A stretch of DNA of 24,769 bases from Candidatus Fermentibacteraceae bacterium. Lineage in GTDB: Bacteria > Fermentibacterota > Fermentibacteria > Fermentibacterales > JCC-6. Positions within the stretch are counted from its first letter, which is position 1; each line of letters starts with the position of its first letter. Positions 1-8,852 of the stretch are shown here, piece by piece. A program made the position numbers and the translations under genes. The notes beneath the pieces were generated by a model, which worked only from the letters and a program-made list of their open reading frames with translations, did no database searches and was not told the DNA's origin. Location of the stretch: assembly GCA_041686025.1 (NCBI GenBank), contig JAWLEP010000021.1:18505-43273 (forward strand), given 5' to 3'.

Positions 1-131
1 CCTTCGGTGCGGTTTCCTCCGCTGCCCGGTCGTGTTATGGTGGGCACCGACGATGATGGCCCGACGGCACGGCCGTTCTCCATGACCGCTGCCGTCGGCA
101 GACCAGTTCCGGACCCGGGGAGCAGGGCACG

Positions 132-1190
132 ATGAAAGTAGCGGTAACGGCGGACTGCCACCTGGACGACCGCGGCAGGCATCCCGAGCGCCACCACGCC
201 CTCGAGGACATACTGGGCAAGCTGGAGAGCGAGGGCATTCGGCATCTCATCGTCGCCGGCGACCTCTTCGACAGCCGGGTTCAGAGCTACTCGGGGTTCG
301 AGGAGGTCTGCAGCGGACACCCCGGCATCAGGCTGCACATCATCCGCGGCAACCACGACCTCCATCTGAGAGCGGAGTCGCTGGCCCCCCGGAACGCCAT
401 CGTCTACGACAGCCCGGAGATGGTGGAGCTGGGGGACATGCCCTTCCTCTTCGTCCCCTACCGGCAGGGCGTGGGAATGGGCGAGGCGGTGGCCGAAGCC
501 GGCGGCACCTCCCGGGACCGCTGGGTACTGGTGGGCCATGGGGACTACACCCGCGCATCGGGAGTGGGCAACCCCTACGAGAGCGGAACCTACATGCCGC
601 TATCGTCCGCCGACGTGGCCCGCCTCTCGCCCTCGCTGGTCCTGCTGGGCCACATCCACGCCGGACCATCCTTCGAGGAAGTGCACTACCCCGGATCGCC
701 CTGCGGAATGGACATCAACGAGACCGGGCCGCGGCACTTTCTGGTGGTGGATACGGAGACCCTGGCCGTAGACAGCCGGGAGGTGCGCACCGACGTGGTA
801 TTCCTCCAGAGGCACTTCTTCCTCATCCCCGGGGACGACGCGCTGCAGCGCCTGCGCTCCGACATCGCCAGGACCCTGGATCGCTGGTCCTCCATGGTGC
901 CCGATCTGCAGCAGCGGGCCCGCATCCGGGTCACTGCCTCCGGCTTCACATCAGACAGGAAGGGCGTCTACGAGCTGCTCTCGGAGGGATTCTCCGGGCT
1001 GGCCTTCCACGACGACGGAGGGCCGGACGTGTCCGGGCTCCGGGAGAGCTTGGACCGCAGGCGGGCGGCCCTTGCGGCCAGGGCGGGCGAGCTGGTGGAG
1101 GAGCTGGACTGGGACTTCGGCGGCCGGGAGCCCGACAGAAACCGGGTAATGGACCGGGTGCTGGAGCTGATCTACGGCGGGGGGGACTGA
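132..1190 (+). CDS. Mre11/SbcD-like metallophosphoesterase DNA nuclease (YhaO-like)
   Basis: 352 aa. Motifs DCH (ADCHLD), GDLFD, GNHD, GHG, GHIH and YPGSP. Stop overlaps the start of the next gene (TGATG). Confidence 0.9.
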   Translation: MKVAVTADCHLDDRGRHPERHHALEDILGKLESEGIRHLIVAGDLFDSRVQSYSGFEEVCSGHPGIRLHIIRGNHDLHLRAESLAPRNAIVYDSPEMVELGDMPFLFVPYRQGVGMGEAVAEAGGTSRDRWVLVGHGDYTRASGVGNPYESGTYMPLSSADVARLSPSLVLLGHIHAGPSFEEVHYPGSPCGMDINETGPRHFLVVDTETLAVDSREVRTDVVFLQRHFFLIPGDDALQRLRSDIARTLDRWSSMVPDLQQRARIRVTASGFTSDRKGVYELLSEGFSGLAFHDDGGPDVSGLRESLDRRRAALAARAGELVEELDWDFGGREPDRNRVMDRVLELIYGGGD

Positions 1191-3331
1191 TGGGCGTGCG
1201 CATCCGGAGGCTCAGGGTGAAGCGGGCCGGTCCCCTGCAGGAGGAGCTGGACGTAAGGCCCGCCGACATGAACCTGGTCTACGGGGCGAACGAGAGCGGG
1301 AAGACATACGTTGTCGAGGCCCTGATCGGCTTCCTGTTCCGCACGGGGCGCGGCACCACATGGCAGACCTCCTCCGGGGCGGGAAGGCCCCCGGACATCA
1401 GGGGCTTCCCCATCGGCGGCAAGGCGCTGCTGGAGAATCTGGACGAAGAGCCCGTATCCTTCACCAAGACCGGTGAGAAGCTGGAAGACCGGTTCAGGGA
1501 GAAGGCGGGGCTGCCCCGGGAGCTCTCCCGGCTCATGGTGGTCCGGGCGGGCCGGACCAGGCTTTCCGACGGCGCCGATGACGGGGTGGGCAGGGACGTC
1601 CTCCTGGACATACTCGGCGGCCGGGAGGTCCTGGAGGAGGTGAAGGGCCGCATCAAGAAGCGCTCCAGGGGCCTGGAGGTCCGGGACGGGGGAATAGAGG
1701 GCCACAAGGCCCTCCTGGAGGACAGGGAGGAAGCCGCGGAGAGACTGGAGCGGATCGACCAGGTGGCCGCGGAGGTGGAGGCCAGCGACGACGCGCTCAG
1801 GCTCTCCCAGCTGAGGCGCCGCCGCGACTCGCTTCGGCAGAGGCGGGAGCTTCTCGGGCAGGCCAGGCGGCACAGGGCCTGGGAGCTTCGAAAGGGGCTG
1901 ATGGAGGTCGGGCGGGACCTGGACGGGCTGCCTGCAGAACGGGAGCTGTCGCAGCTGGAGAGCGGCCTCGAACGCCTGCGGGATTCAGTGGCCGCCCTGG
2001 AAGGCAGACGGGAGGAGGTAGAGCGGGAGAGGGAGCGGCTGTCCGGCCAAGGCTGGGTGGCCCACGCGGCCGACACCTACGCCGACCTCCTGAAGGCCCG
2101 GGGGGTTTCCTCCGGGGTCCGACGCCTGGTCACCGTGTCCGGCGCCACGCTCATGGCCGCCGCCGTGGCGGCCGGCCTGGCCCGCCTGCTCTGGCCCGCA
2201 GTCGCCTCCGGCCTCCTCGGGCTGGGACTGCTGCTGTACCGCGAGGCCGGTTTCGGCGGGGGCGGGCTCTCCGATGCTCAGCTGGAGGAGAGGTCCCGGG
2301 TAGAGGCCATGTACAGGGACACCTTCGACGAGGAGATGGCGGGACTGGCTTCCCTGCGGGCGCGGGCGGAGGAGCTGGTGAAGCAGAGGGGCTCGCTGGA
2401 CCAGCAGGAGAAGGAGCTGCAGCAGATGCGGCGGAGCGTGGAACGGCTCCGCGGCGATCTGGAGGAGCTGTCGCGGGAATGCCTGGGCGGCGGTCTGGAG
2501 GAGATCGAGCCAGAAGAGGAGATCGAAAGGGCGCGCGAGGCCCGCAGGGAGCTGGAGGGCAGGCGGGAGTCCCTGGGCCTGGAGCTGGCCGGGCTGAAGG
2601 TGCCCGAGGGCGAGGAGCTGCGGGATGCCCCCGGAATCCAGTGGAGCGATTCGGAGTCCGACACCCTGGACAGGGAGATGGAGAGGCTGGCCGGGGAGAT
2701 CGGAGAGGCGGAGCGGAACCTGCAGACCCTGAGGACCAGGATCGCCGCCGCTACCGGAGCCCTGGAGGCGGAGGAATGGTCGGAGCTCCTGGAGGCCCTG
2801 AGGCGAAAGCGGGAGCGGCTGGAGGAGGACTACCGGACGGAGACCGCCGACCTCCTGGCGAAGGCGGCGGTTGCCGGAGCCGTGGACGAGTTCGAGAGAA
2901 GCGAGAACATCGAGCTGGCCGAGAAGCTGGCCGACGAAAGGGTGGGCCGTCTGCTCCACGAGCTCACCGGCCGATACGACGGGATCAGGCTGGATGGCGG
3001 CGGGACGCTTACCCTGGGCGTCGAGGGTGAGTTCGACTACCCGCTGGAGATGCTGAGCACCGGGGCCCGGGAGCAGGTCTTCCTCGCCCTGCGCTCGGCC
3101 TTTGCCGAGCTTACCTTCGGCCAGCCGGCGTTCCTGCTGCTGGACGACGCCTTCCAGCACTCCGACTGGCAGCGGCGCGGGAGGCTGGTGAGTCACTGCC
3201 TGAAGCTGATCGATCGGGGCTGGCAGATCTTCTACTTCTGCATGGACGACCACATCCGAGACCTGTTCAGAGACCAGGCCGGGAAGCTGGGAGACCGGTA
3301 TCTGGAGGTGGAGCTGAAAGCCGCAACATGA
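1190..3331 (+). CDS. Rad50/SbcC-like coiled-coil ATPase, YhaN-like, with central hydrophobic segment
   Basis: 713 aa. Walker A GANESGKT, long coiled coil, signature LSTGAREQ, Walker B LLLDDAF. Hydrophobic stretch at about aa 313-350. Confidence 0.88.
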   Translation: MGVRIRRLRVKRAGPLQEELDVRPADMNLVYGANESGKTYVVEALIGFLFRTGRGTTWQTSSGAGRPPDIRGFPIGGKALLENLDEEPVSFTKTGEKLEDRFREKAGLPRELSRLMVVRAGRTRLSDGADDGVGRDVLLDILGGREVLEEVKGRIKKRSRGLEVRDGGIEGHKALLEDREEAAERLERIDQVAAEVEASDDALRLSQLRRRRDSLRQRRELLGQARRHRAWELRKGLMEVGRDLDGLPAERELSQLESGLERLRDSVAALEGRREEVERERERLSGQGWVAHAADTYADLLKARGVSSGVRRLVTVSGATLMAAAVAAGLARLLWPAVASGLLGLGLLLYREAGFGGGGLSDAQLEERSRVEAMYRDTFDEEMAGLASLRARAEELVKQRGSLDQQEKELQQMRRSVERLRGDLEELSRECLGGGLEEIEPEEEIERAREARRELEGRRESLGLELAGLKVPEGEELRDAPGIQWSDSESDTLDREMERLAGEIGEAERNLQTLRTRIAAATGALEAEEWSELLEALRRKRERLEEDYRTETADLLAKAAVAGAVDEFERSENIELAEKLADERVGRLLHELTGRYDGIRLDGGGTLTLGVEGEFDYPLEMLSTGAREQVFLALRSAFAELTFGQPAFLLLDDAFQHSDWQRRGRLVSHCLKLIDRGWQIFYFCMDDHIRDLFRDQAGKLGDRYLEVELKAAT

Positions 3332-3643
3332 CAGCCCCTTAGCAGCCGGAGTGGGTTTCTCCGCCCACTGCGGCTCTCCGCGGGATGGGGGCGGCCGTCA
3401 GGCAGGGGAGATCGCGGGCTGGCCCCCTGTCGGGGGCGAATCCGATGCCGGCGCCGCAGGTTGGGGCCACTCAAGTCGCTTCAGGGCAACAATATGAGTC
3501 GCGACAGATCGGCGCAGGCAAGGTGCCCGGAGCGATCCATTGACCGCTGTCGGAGTATGTATTAGATACCGAAACAGTGTCACGGAGCTCCGTGATATGT
3601 AAACAAGCGGGTTATTCACCCACAGTTGCGAAAGGAAGTTCCT

Positions 3644-4303
3644 ATGAAGCTTTTCGTGGTTCTTCTCGTAGTTGCGAGCATGGCTTTCGCCTCCGCAACA
3701 TTCTCCGGCGAGGTCCGTGGTTCCGGCGGCCTCGATCTTCCCGAGGTCGATTTCGTAATCGACACCTATCCCTACGACTCCGGTGACCAGATGAGTGAGA
3801 TCGGCGCATCCTTCGACGACTACGCCGTATGCGACGACTGCACCTTCGAGGCTCCCGCCGACCTCGAAATCCACCTCTACTACACCTACGGTGTCACCAC
3901 CGGTTCCTCTCCTTCAGAGCTGACCCTGCTGGTCGTAGAGGACGACGCGGGCGAGCCCGCCGGCGAGCCTCTCAGCCAGGATTCCTACAGCGTGAGCCTC
4001 GGCAACACGGGATACACCTACGGCGGCTACACCATCTGGGCGGCCGAGATGGATCTTTCTTCCAGCCCCGTGTCCATAAGCACTCCTGTGTGGCTCGGAC
4101 CCCAGCGGAACGACGGGGTCGCCTGGTACCCCATCGGCAAGATGACCATAGACGGTTCCGAGGGCTACAGGACGCTGGCGGCCGGATGGAGCTGGGAGCC
4201 CTTCAGTCAGTCACTGACCGAGGGCGACCTCTTCAAGATCATCGAGGGCGAGTACCAGGCTCTCCAGTCCAACACCTGGGGCGGCATCAAGGCCCTGTTC
4301 TAG
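3644..4303 (+). CDS. Secreted acidic protein with C-terminal TWGGIKALF motif (paralog A)
   Basis: AAAGGA SD at 3631-3636, ATG 3644. Signal peptide MKLFVVLLVVASMAFA. 219 aa. Aligns over its full length with the next gene. Confidence 0.88.
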   Translation: MKLFVVLLVVASMAFASATFSGEVRGSGGLDLPEVDFVIDTYPYDSGDQMSEIGASFDDYAVCDDCTFEAPADLEIHLYYTYGVTTGSSPSELTLLVVEDDAGEPAGEPLSQDSYSVSLGNTGYTYGGYTIWAAEMDLSSSPVSISTPVWLGPQRNDGVAWYPIGKMTIDGSEGYRTLAAGWSWEPFSQSLTEGDLFKIIEGEYQALQSNTWGGIKALF

Positions 4304-4320
4304 GCTGACACTGCCCTATC

Positions 4321-4351
4321 GGGGGGAGGCGGTTGCCTCCCCCCTTTTTTT
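4321..4351 (+). terminator. Rho-independent terminator
   Basis: Perfect 10-bp stem GGGGGGAGGC/GCCTCCCCCC with GGTT loop, followed by T7, 17 nt after the paralog A stop. Confidence 0.92.
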
Positions 4352-4410
4352 GTCCTACCCATCGTTCCCCTGTCTGCCCCGAAAAGCCTCTGCCCTCTTC
4401 AGGCAACGAC

Positions 4411-4439
4411 TTGACCTGTGGCCGGTTCCGCCGTACCAT
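4411..4439 (+). promoter_or_regulatory. Putative sigma70 promoter for paralog B
   Basis: TTGACC-17 nt-TACCAT, located between the terminator and the AGGAG SD / ATG 4481. Confidence 0.5.
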
Positions 4440-4480
4440 ATTTGTGGGCAGTGAGTTGTCTCACCTGCATAGGAGAGCCC

Positions 4481-5152
4481 ATGAAGACTCTGGCCGTCCT
4501 GCTGGCCGCAGCGGCCGGCGCGCTCTGCTCCTCCACGCTCTCCGGCGAGCTGCGGGGCCGTGGAGGCCTGGATCTTCCCGAGACGGATTACATCTGCGAC
4601 AGCTATGCCTACCAATTCGGTGAGGAGATGTCTCAAATCCCGGGTTCCTTTGGCGACTACGCCGTCATAGACGATTTAGTAGTCTCCTGGGGAAGCGATA
4701 TCGATCTGTTCATTGAGGAGTATACGACCTGGGGAGTAACCCCTGGCAATAGCACCCCATCCGAAATGGCTCTACTGATCGTGGAGGACGACGGTGGTGT
4801 ACCCTCGGGTGCTCCCATCAGCCAGGATGTCTATTCCGTGGACTGCTACAATATTGGATACACCTATTACCAATACATCATCTGGAAGACCGATATGTAC
4901 TGTGCACCTTACAATGTTGAAGTCAGTACCCCTGTCTGGCTCGGGCCGCAGCGCCAGGACGGAGCCAGCTGGTACGTCATAGGAGGGGTAACGGCTTCAG
5001 AATCCGAGGCCCACAGGACCGTAAGGCCTGGTTGGGACTGGCAGCCCTTCAGTCAGTCGCTCGAGGAAGGTGATGTTTTCAAGATCGTAGTTGGCAGCAG
5101 CTATGACCTGCAGAGAAGCACCTGGGGCGGCATCAAGGCCCTCCTCCAGTAG
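4481..5152 (+). CDS. Secreted protein with C-terminal TWGGIKALLQ motif (paralog B)
   Basis: AGGAG SD at 4471, ATG 4481. Signal peptide MKTLAVLLAAAAGALCS. Shares GGLDLPE, DYAV, STPVWLGPQR, PFSQSL and TWGGIKAL with paralog A. Confidence 0.88.
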   Translation: MKTLAVLLAAAAGALCSSTLSGELRGRGGLDLPETDYICDSYAYQFGEEMSQIPGSFGDYAVIDDLVVSWGSDIDLFIEEYTTWGVTPGNSTPSEMALLIVEDDGGVPSGAPISQDVYSVDCYNIGYTYYQYIIWKTDMYCAPYNVEVSTPVWLGPQRQDGASWYVIGGVTASESEAHRTVRPGWDWQPFSQSLEEGDVFKIVVGSSYDLQRSTWGGIKALLQ

Positions 5153-5207
5153 AAGAGCAGCTGTCGGATGCCCCTGCACCGCCGGGCTAATGCCCCTCAG
5201 CCGAAGA

Positions 5208-6260
5208 TCAGGGCAGGACCACCAGCCTGCACGAGGCCATGGTCTCTGCCGACCGCAGAACGGCCGTGTAGACGCCCTCGGGAAGTCCGCAGGACCATCC
5301 CGCCTCGCCGCTGCCGGCCGGCATGCGGCCCTCCATGACCAGCCCCCGGAGACGGCCGGCTGTGTCGTAGACCTCCAGTGTGGCCGGACCCTCCCCCGGG
5401 AGCCTGTAGGAGAAGACCACCTCTTGGCCGGCCGGGTTGGGCCGGACCTGCAGATGCATGGCTCCCGGAGCCACGGGTGATGTGGTTTCTCCCCGGACCC
5501 CCAGGGTGTCCGTCAGCCACGCCGCCCCTCCGCTGGAGTGGTAGCTGGGGTAGGGGTTGGTGAAAGGCTCCCATTCCCCTCCCGGGCCCCCGGAGAGGTC
5601 GTAGGCGTAGAGGGGGATGTCGTCGTCTCCCCTGGTGGCGGCGAGGTAGACCACGTCATCTCCCACCGCCAGGGCCCTGCCCTGGCTGTTGGAGGCCGGG
5701 ATGGGGTCGGCGATCTTTTCCATGTCGCCGGTGTCGAGGTCGATGGAGTACAGGCCGGATTCGCCGTACTCGGTGTAGCCGTACAGCATGTCGTCCTCCG
5801 GGTTGTAGCCCAGGCCGAAGAACCGGAAGTTGTACCCCGTGTAGGTGTCCAGCTTCAGCACGCACTGGCCGGTCTGTGTGTCGATGGAGTAGATGCCCTT
5901 GGTGTCGGCGTAGTTGGAGAATCCCCAGAGGGTGTCCCGTCCGAAGGCCAGACTCTTGATGTCCTCGTCGAGGTCGGTCATGAACTCCGGGTAGCCGTCC
6001 AGCGTGGCGCGGTAGAGGTCGGTGTTGAAGGCGCCGTTGCAGAGATAGAGTGTATCCCCGGGAGTGGTTGCGGCTCCTTCCACCTCGAAGGTGTAGTGGT
6101 CGGTCCAGGTCACGTCGGGGAATCCCGCCAGATCGCTGGACCTGGTGGGCACTCCGCTGCTGGAGAGGCCCACGAAGAGCCTACCGGCCTCCGCCGGCCC
6201 GGCTGCGAGAAACACGGCGCATAGCAGGGCGGCCGCTGCACGTCCCATTGTGATCCTCAT
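5208..6260 (-). CDS. Secreted beta-propeller-like protein with T9SS type A / FlgD-Ig-like C-terminal sorting domain
   Basis: GGAGG SD, ATG 6260. Signal peptide ending AEA. Repeated (G)LYSIDxxTG blades. Tail VRPNP...FSYRLP...LEVYDTAGRL...GLPEGVY...RLVVL. Confidence 0.8.
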   Translation of the reverse strand: MRITMGRAAAALLCAVFLAAGPAEAGRLFVGLSSSGVPTRSSDLAGFPDVTWTDHYTFEVEGAATTPGDTLYLCNGAFNTDLYRATLDGYPEFMTDLDEDIKSLAFGRDTLWGFSNYADTKGIYSIDTQTGQCVLKLDTYTGYNFRFFGLGYNPEDDMLYGYTEYGESGLYSIDLDTGDMEKIADPIPASNSQGRALAVGDDVVYLAATRGDDDIPLYAYDLSGGPGGEWEPFTNPYPSYHSSGGAAWLTDTLGVRGETTSPVAPGAMHLQVRPNPAGQEVVFSYRLPGEGPATLEVYDTAGRLRGLVMEGRMPAGSGEAGWSCGLPEGVYTAVLRSAETMASCRLVVLP

Positions 6261-6393
6261 CTCATCCTCCATTCCCCCGTACTGCGCGAAGCAGCCGGTG
6301 CCAGCCGCATCGGATGCCCGCACGGTCGCAAGCCATGTAGATGTCTATTGCCGGCGGGGGTGCCGGTCAACTGAGGATCGGGCTGGAACTGGC

Positions 6394-7080
6394 CTAGCCC
6401 TTGCTGCCCGGGGCGTACGGTGATGCGGCCAGGGCCCGCCTGATGAGGAGGAAGACGCCGCGCCAGGCCAGCCCCAGAGCGGCCAGAAAGGCCAGGCCCC
6501 CCAGCAGCCTGGCCCCCACCAGGTAGTTGAACAGGCCGTGCATCACCATGGCTCCCAGCAGGGAGGCCATGACGATGAGCACGGGCCTTGCGCCGCCTCG
6601 GCCCTTCTGCCAGCCCAGGGCCAGCCCCCACAGGCTGGAGAAGAGGGCGTGGGCGGGAACGCTGAGTATGGACCGGCCGGCCATGACGTAGAACGCAGCT
6701 CCGGTCCCGGATTCCAGCCAGCCGGACACCACGTAGACGATGTTCTCCACCGATGCGAACCCCAGGGCCGCCGCCGCGGCGTAGACCATTCCATCCACTG
6801 GCTCGTCGAATTCCTTGCGGCCGTATGCCGTCCACTTCACAACCAGGAACTTGGCGATCTCCTCCACCACCGGAGCCACGATCACGGCCATGGCCAGGGC
6901 GCTGGTGACGAAGGGAGGACCGCTGTAGACGAAGGCCATGGCCAGGCCCACCAGGGCTCCGGCCAGGAAGGTGCGGGCCACCAGCCTGAATGGCTCGCGG
7001 TCGTACCGGTCGCTTCTGTAGAAGAGGAGGAACCAGAGGGCTGCCGGGGCTGCGGCGGCCAGTATCAGCAGTACAACCAT
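6394..7080 (-). CDS. prsW: PrsW-family intramembrane glutamic protease
   Basis: 228 aa multi-TM protein with DRYDREP, APVVEEIAK, GFASVEN, PAHALF and HGLFN motifs. Confidence 0.88.
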   Translation of the reverse strand: MVVLLILAAAAPAALWFLLFYRSDRYDREPFRLVARTFLAGALVGLAMAFVYSGPPFVTSALAMAVIVAPVVEEIAKFLVVKWTAYGRKEFDEPVDGMVYAAAAALGFASVENIVYVVSGWLESGTGAAFYVMAGRSILSVPAHALFSSLWGLALGWQKGRGGARPVLIVMASLLGAMVMHGLFNYLVGARLLGGLAFLAALGLAWRGVFLLIRRALAASPYAPGSKG

Positions 7081-7172
7081 CCGGGCCCTCCAGCCGTTCG
7101 GGTGCTGTGACGGTTACGCGAGCAGACTAATACGCGGGCTGCTCCGCAATGGCAAAGGGCCCGCGCGGGACC

Positions 7173-8747
7173 CTACCAGTCCGACGGATCGTCGGGGAGC
7201 TCCCGCAGCAGCTGCCGGTTGATCTCGGCCCCAAAGCGGGACTTCAGAGACTGCAGCAGCTCCCGCATCCGATCCTCCTCCAGACGGCGGCGGGTGATCT
7301 CCGCCACCTCCGGCAGGCTGGTCTCGTAGTCGTAGCGGCCGGCGGGAATCGTCTCCCTCAGCCTGAAGAAGACGGTCCACCCGCGGTCGGGCACTCCGAT
7401 GGGCCCCACCCATTCGGTGGTGTCCGCGGGCGAGAGGTTGAACGCCCTGCCCGCCACTTCCGGGGGCAGATCCTCCGCGCGCAGCGGCCGGGTGAAGCGG
7501 GAGGGAGGGCTGTCCGCCGACAGCTCCTCGACGAAGGGAAGGGCGGGAAGCAGCTCGGCCAGCCTCCCAGCCTCCCGCATCTCGGTGAACCTGTGTTCGA
7601 AATCCCGGCCGGGAAGGGCCACCAGCTCGAGACTCCTTCTCTCGGACACGTTTATCGTGTCGCCGGCGCTCTCCCAGGTCTGACGCAGATCTGCGCTGTC
7701 GGGTACGGACATGGCGAGTACTGAATCAACGTACAGGCTCTCCGCCGCCGCCCCCACGAGGAAGGACTCCGCCTGCGACTCTATGGAGTCCGCCACCTCC
7801 GGATGGGTGCGCTCAAGGTAGCGGCTGAGAACCGACTGCGTCAGCAGGTTCTCCACAACGAAGAGCAGATGTCCCGGCAGCTGGGGGTCCAGGGGAAAGC
7901 GGGACTTGGCCATGGAGGCCTCGACCGCCATCTCCATGCCGTCCCAGCTTCCCAGGCCGGACTCCAGCAGGATCCCCTCCGGGGGCTCGGGGATCCGGCC
8001 GGCCAGGAAGGCGGACAACCCGAAGATGCCGGCGGAGTCTACGCTTGCCGGCAGCGTGTCCAGGGCCTCTTCCACCATGCGCCGGACGGCCGAACGGGTG
8101 CGGCCGGCTCCTATCATCGTGGTGAGCAGGCTGTCGTCGTACATGGCGGGGTCTATCTGCGGGCTCTCGGCGGGGCTCACCCGGGTGATGGAATCAAATC
8201 GGAATGGCTTGCCCGTCTCGTCGACGCCGGTCTCGCCCGGGTCCATAGTGTCGATGAGCATCAGCCTCTCCCAGGGGAGGTCCAGCACGTGCATGGAGAT
8301 CTGCTCTCCATCCCGGTCGGGGTACATGGTGAGCCAGCAGATCTCGCCCATCCGGCTCCTGTAGGACTCGATCTCATCCCGGCTCACGCCGGCCATGTGC
8401 TCCCTGTTGATCTCCTCCCTGGCGGCTATGGACTTCTCGATGCGGGACCAGGCTCTCCGCATGGCTCGGAATTCCGGAAGGTCGAGGTAGCCGGCTTCCC
8501 GGGCGGCCAGCTTCAGCAGCTGTCTGTTGACCATTGACTCCACCAGGGCGGAATCGGGCCTCTCGGTCTCCAGGAAGAGCGTGCGCTCCCTGTTTCGCAT
8601 GCCGTTCCACTGACTGGCTACGTCCTCGATGGTTATCGTGTCGCCGCCCACCACGGCGATCCAGTCACCCGGCTCATCGGGTGCTCCGCAGCCCAGGGCT
8701 GCGATCATGACTGCTGTGGCGGAAATGAATGCGTATAGGGGCCTCAC
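7173..8747 (-). CDS. PrsA/SurA-like foldase lipoprotein (degenerate parvulin-type domain)
   Basis: GTG 8747 after GGGAGG. Lipobox-like AALGC. SurA-like IAVVGGDTIT. C-terminal AFNL...VGPI...GW...LLQSLKSRFGAEIN resembles the PrsA C-terminus. Confidence 0.65.
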   Translation of the reverse strand: MRPLYAFISATAVMIAALGCGAPDEPGDWIAVVGGDTITIEDVASQWNGMRNRERTLFLETERPDSALVESMVNRQLLKLAAREAGYLDLPEFRAMRRAWSRIEKSIAAREEINREHMAGVSRDEIESYRSRMGEICWLTMYPDRDGEQISMHVLDLPWERLMLIDTMDPGETGVDETGKPFRFDSITRVSPAESPQIDPAMYDDSLLTTMIGAGRTRSAVRRMVEEALDTLPASVDSAGIFGLSAFLAGRIPEPPEGILLESGLGSWDGMEMAVEASMAKSRFPLDPQLPGHLLFVVENLLTQSVLSRYLERTHPEVADSIESQAESFLVGAAAESLYVDSVLAMSVPDSADLRQTWESAGDTINVSERRSLELVALPGRDFEHRFTEMREAGRLAELLPALPFVEELSADSPPSRFTRPLRAEDLPPEVAGRAFNLSPADTTEWVGPIGVPDRGWTVFFRLRETIPAGRYDYETSLPEVAEITRRRLEEDRMRELLQSLKSRFGAEINRQLLRELPDDPSDW

Positions 8748-8852
8748 TGGTACCTCCCGTTGGCTTTTCCGATGGCGCAGCCCGAATATGTCCATCCGGG
8801 GGCTTTCTCAAAAGGGCGGAGCCACCGGCCCGGAATGATGCGGCCGGGAATC

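Larger units (their letters stand above)
4273..5142 (+). repeat. Direct repeats between the paralogs: 24 bp (4273-4296 / 5119-5142) and 16 bp (4197-4212 / 5043-5058)
   Basis: CACCTGGGGCGGCATCAAGGCCCT and AGCCCTTCAGTCAGTC are each identical in both genes. Confidence 0.85.

Noticed and set aside
61..98. 9-bp stem CCGACGGCA/TGCCGTCGG upstream of the nuclease gene
   Set aside because: No U-tract or recognisable RNA motif; plausible by chance at this GC content.
3644..5152. Diversity-generating retroelement TR/VR pair
   Set aside because: In the segment compared by eye, differences between paralogs are not restricted to adenines, both are intact genes, and no reverse transcriptase is present.
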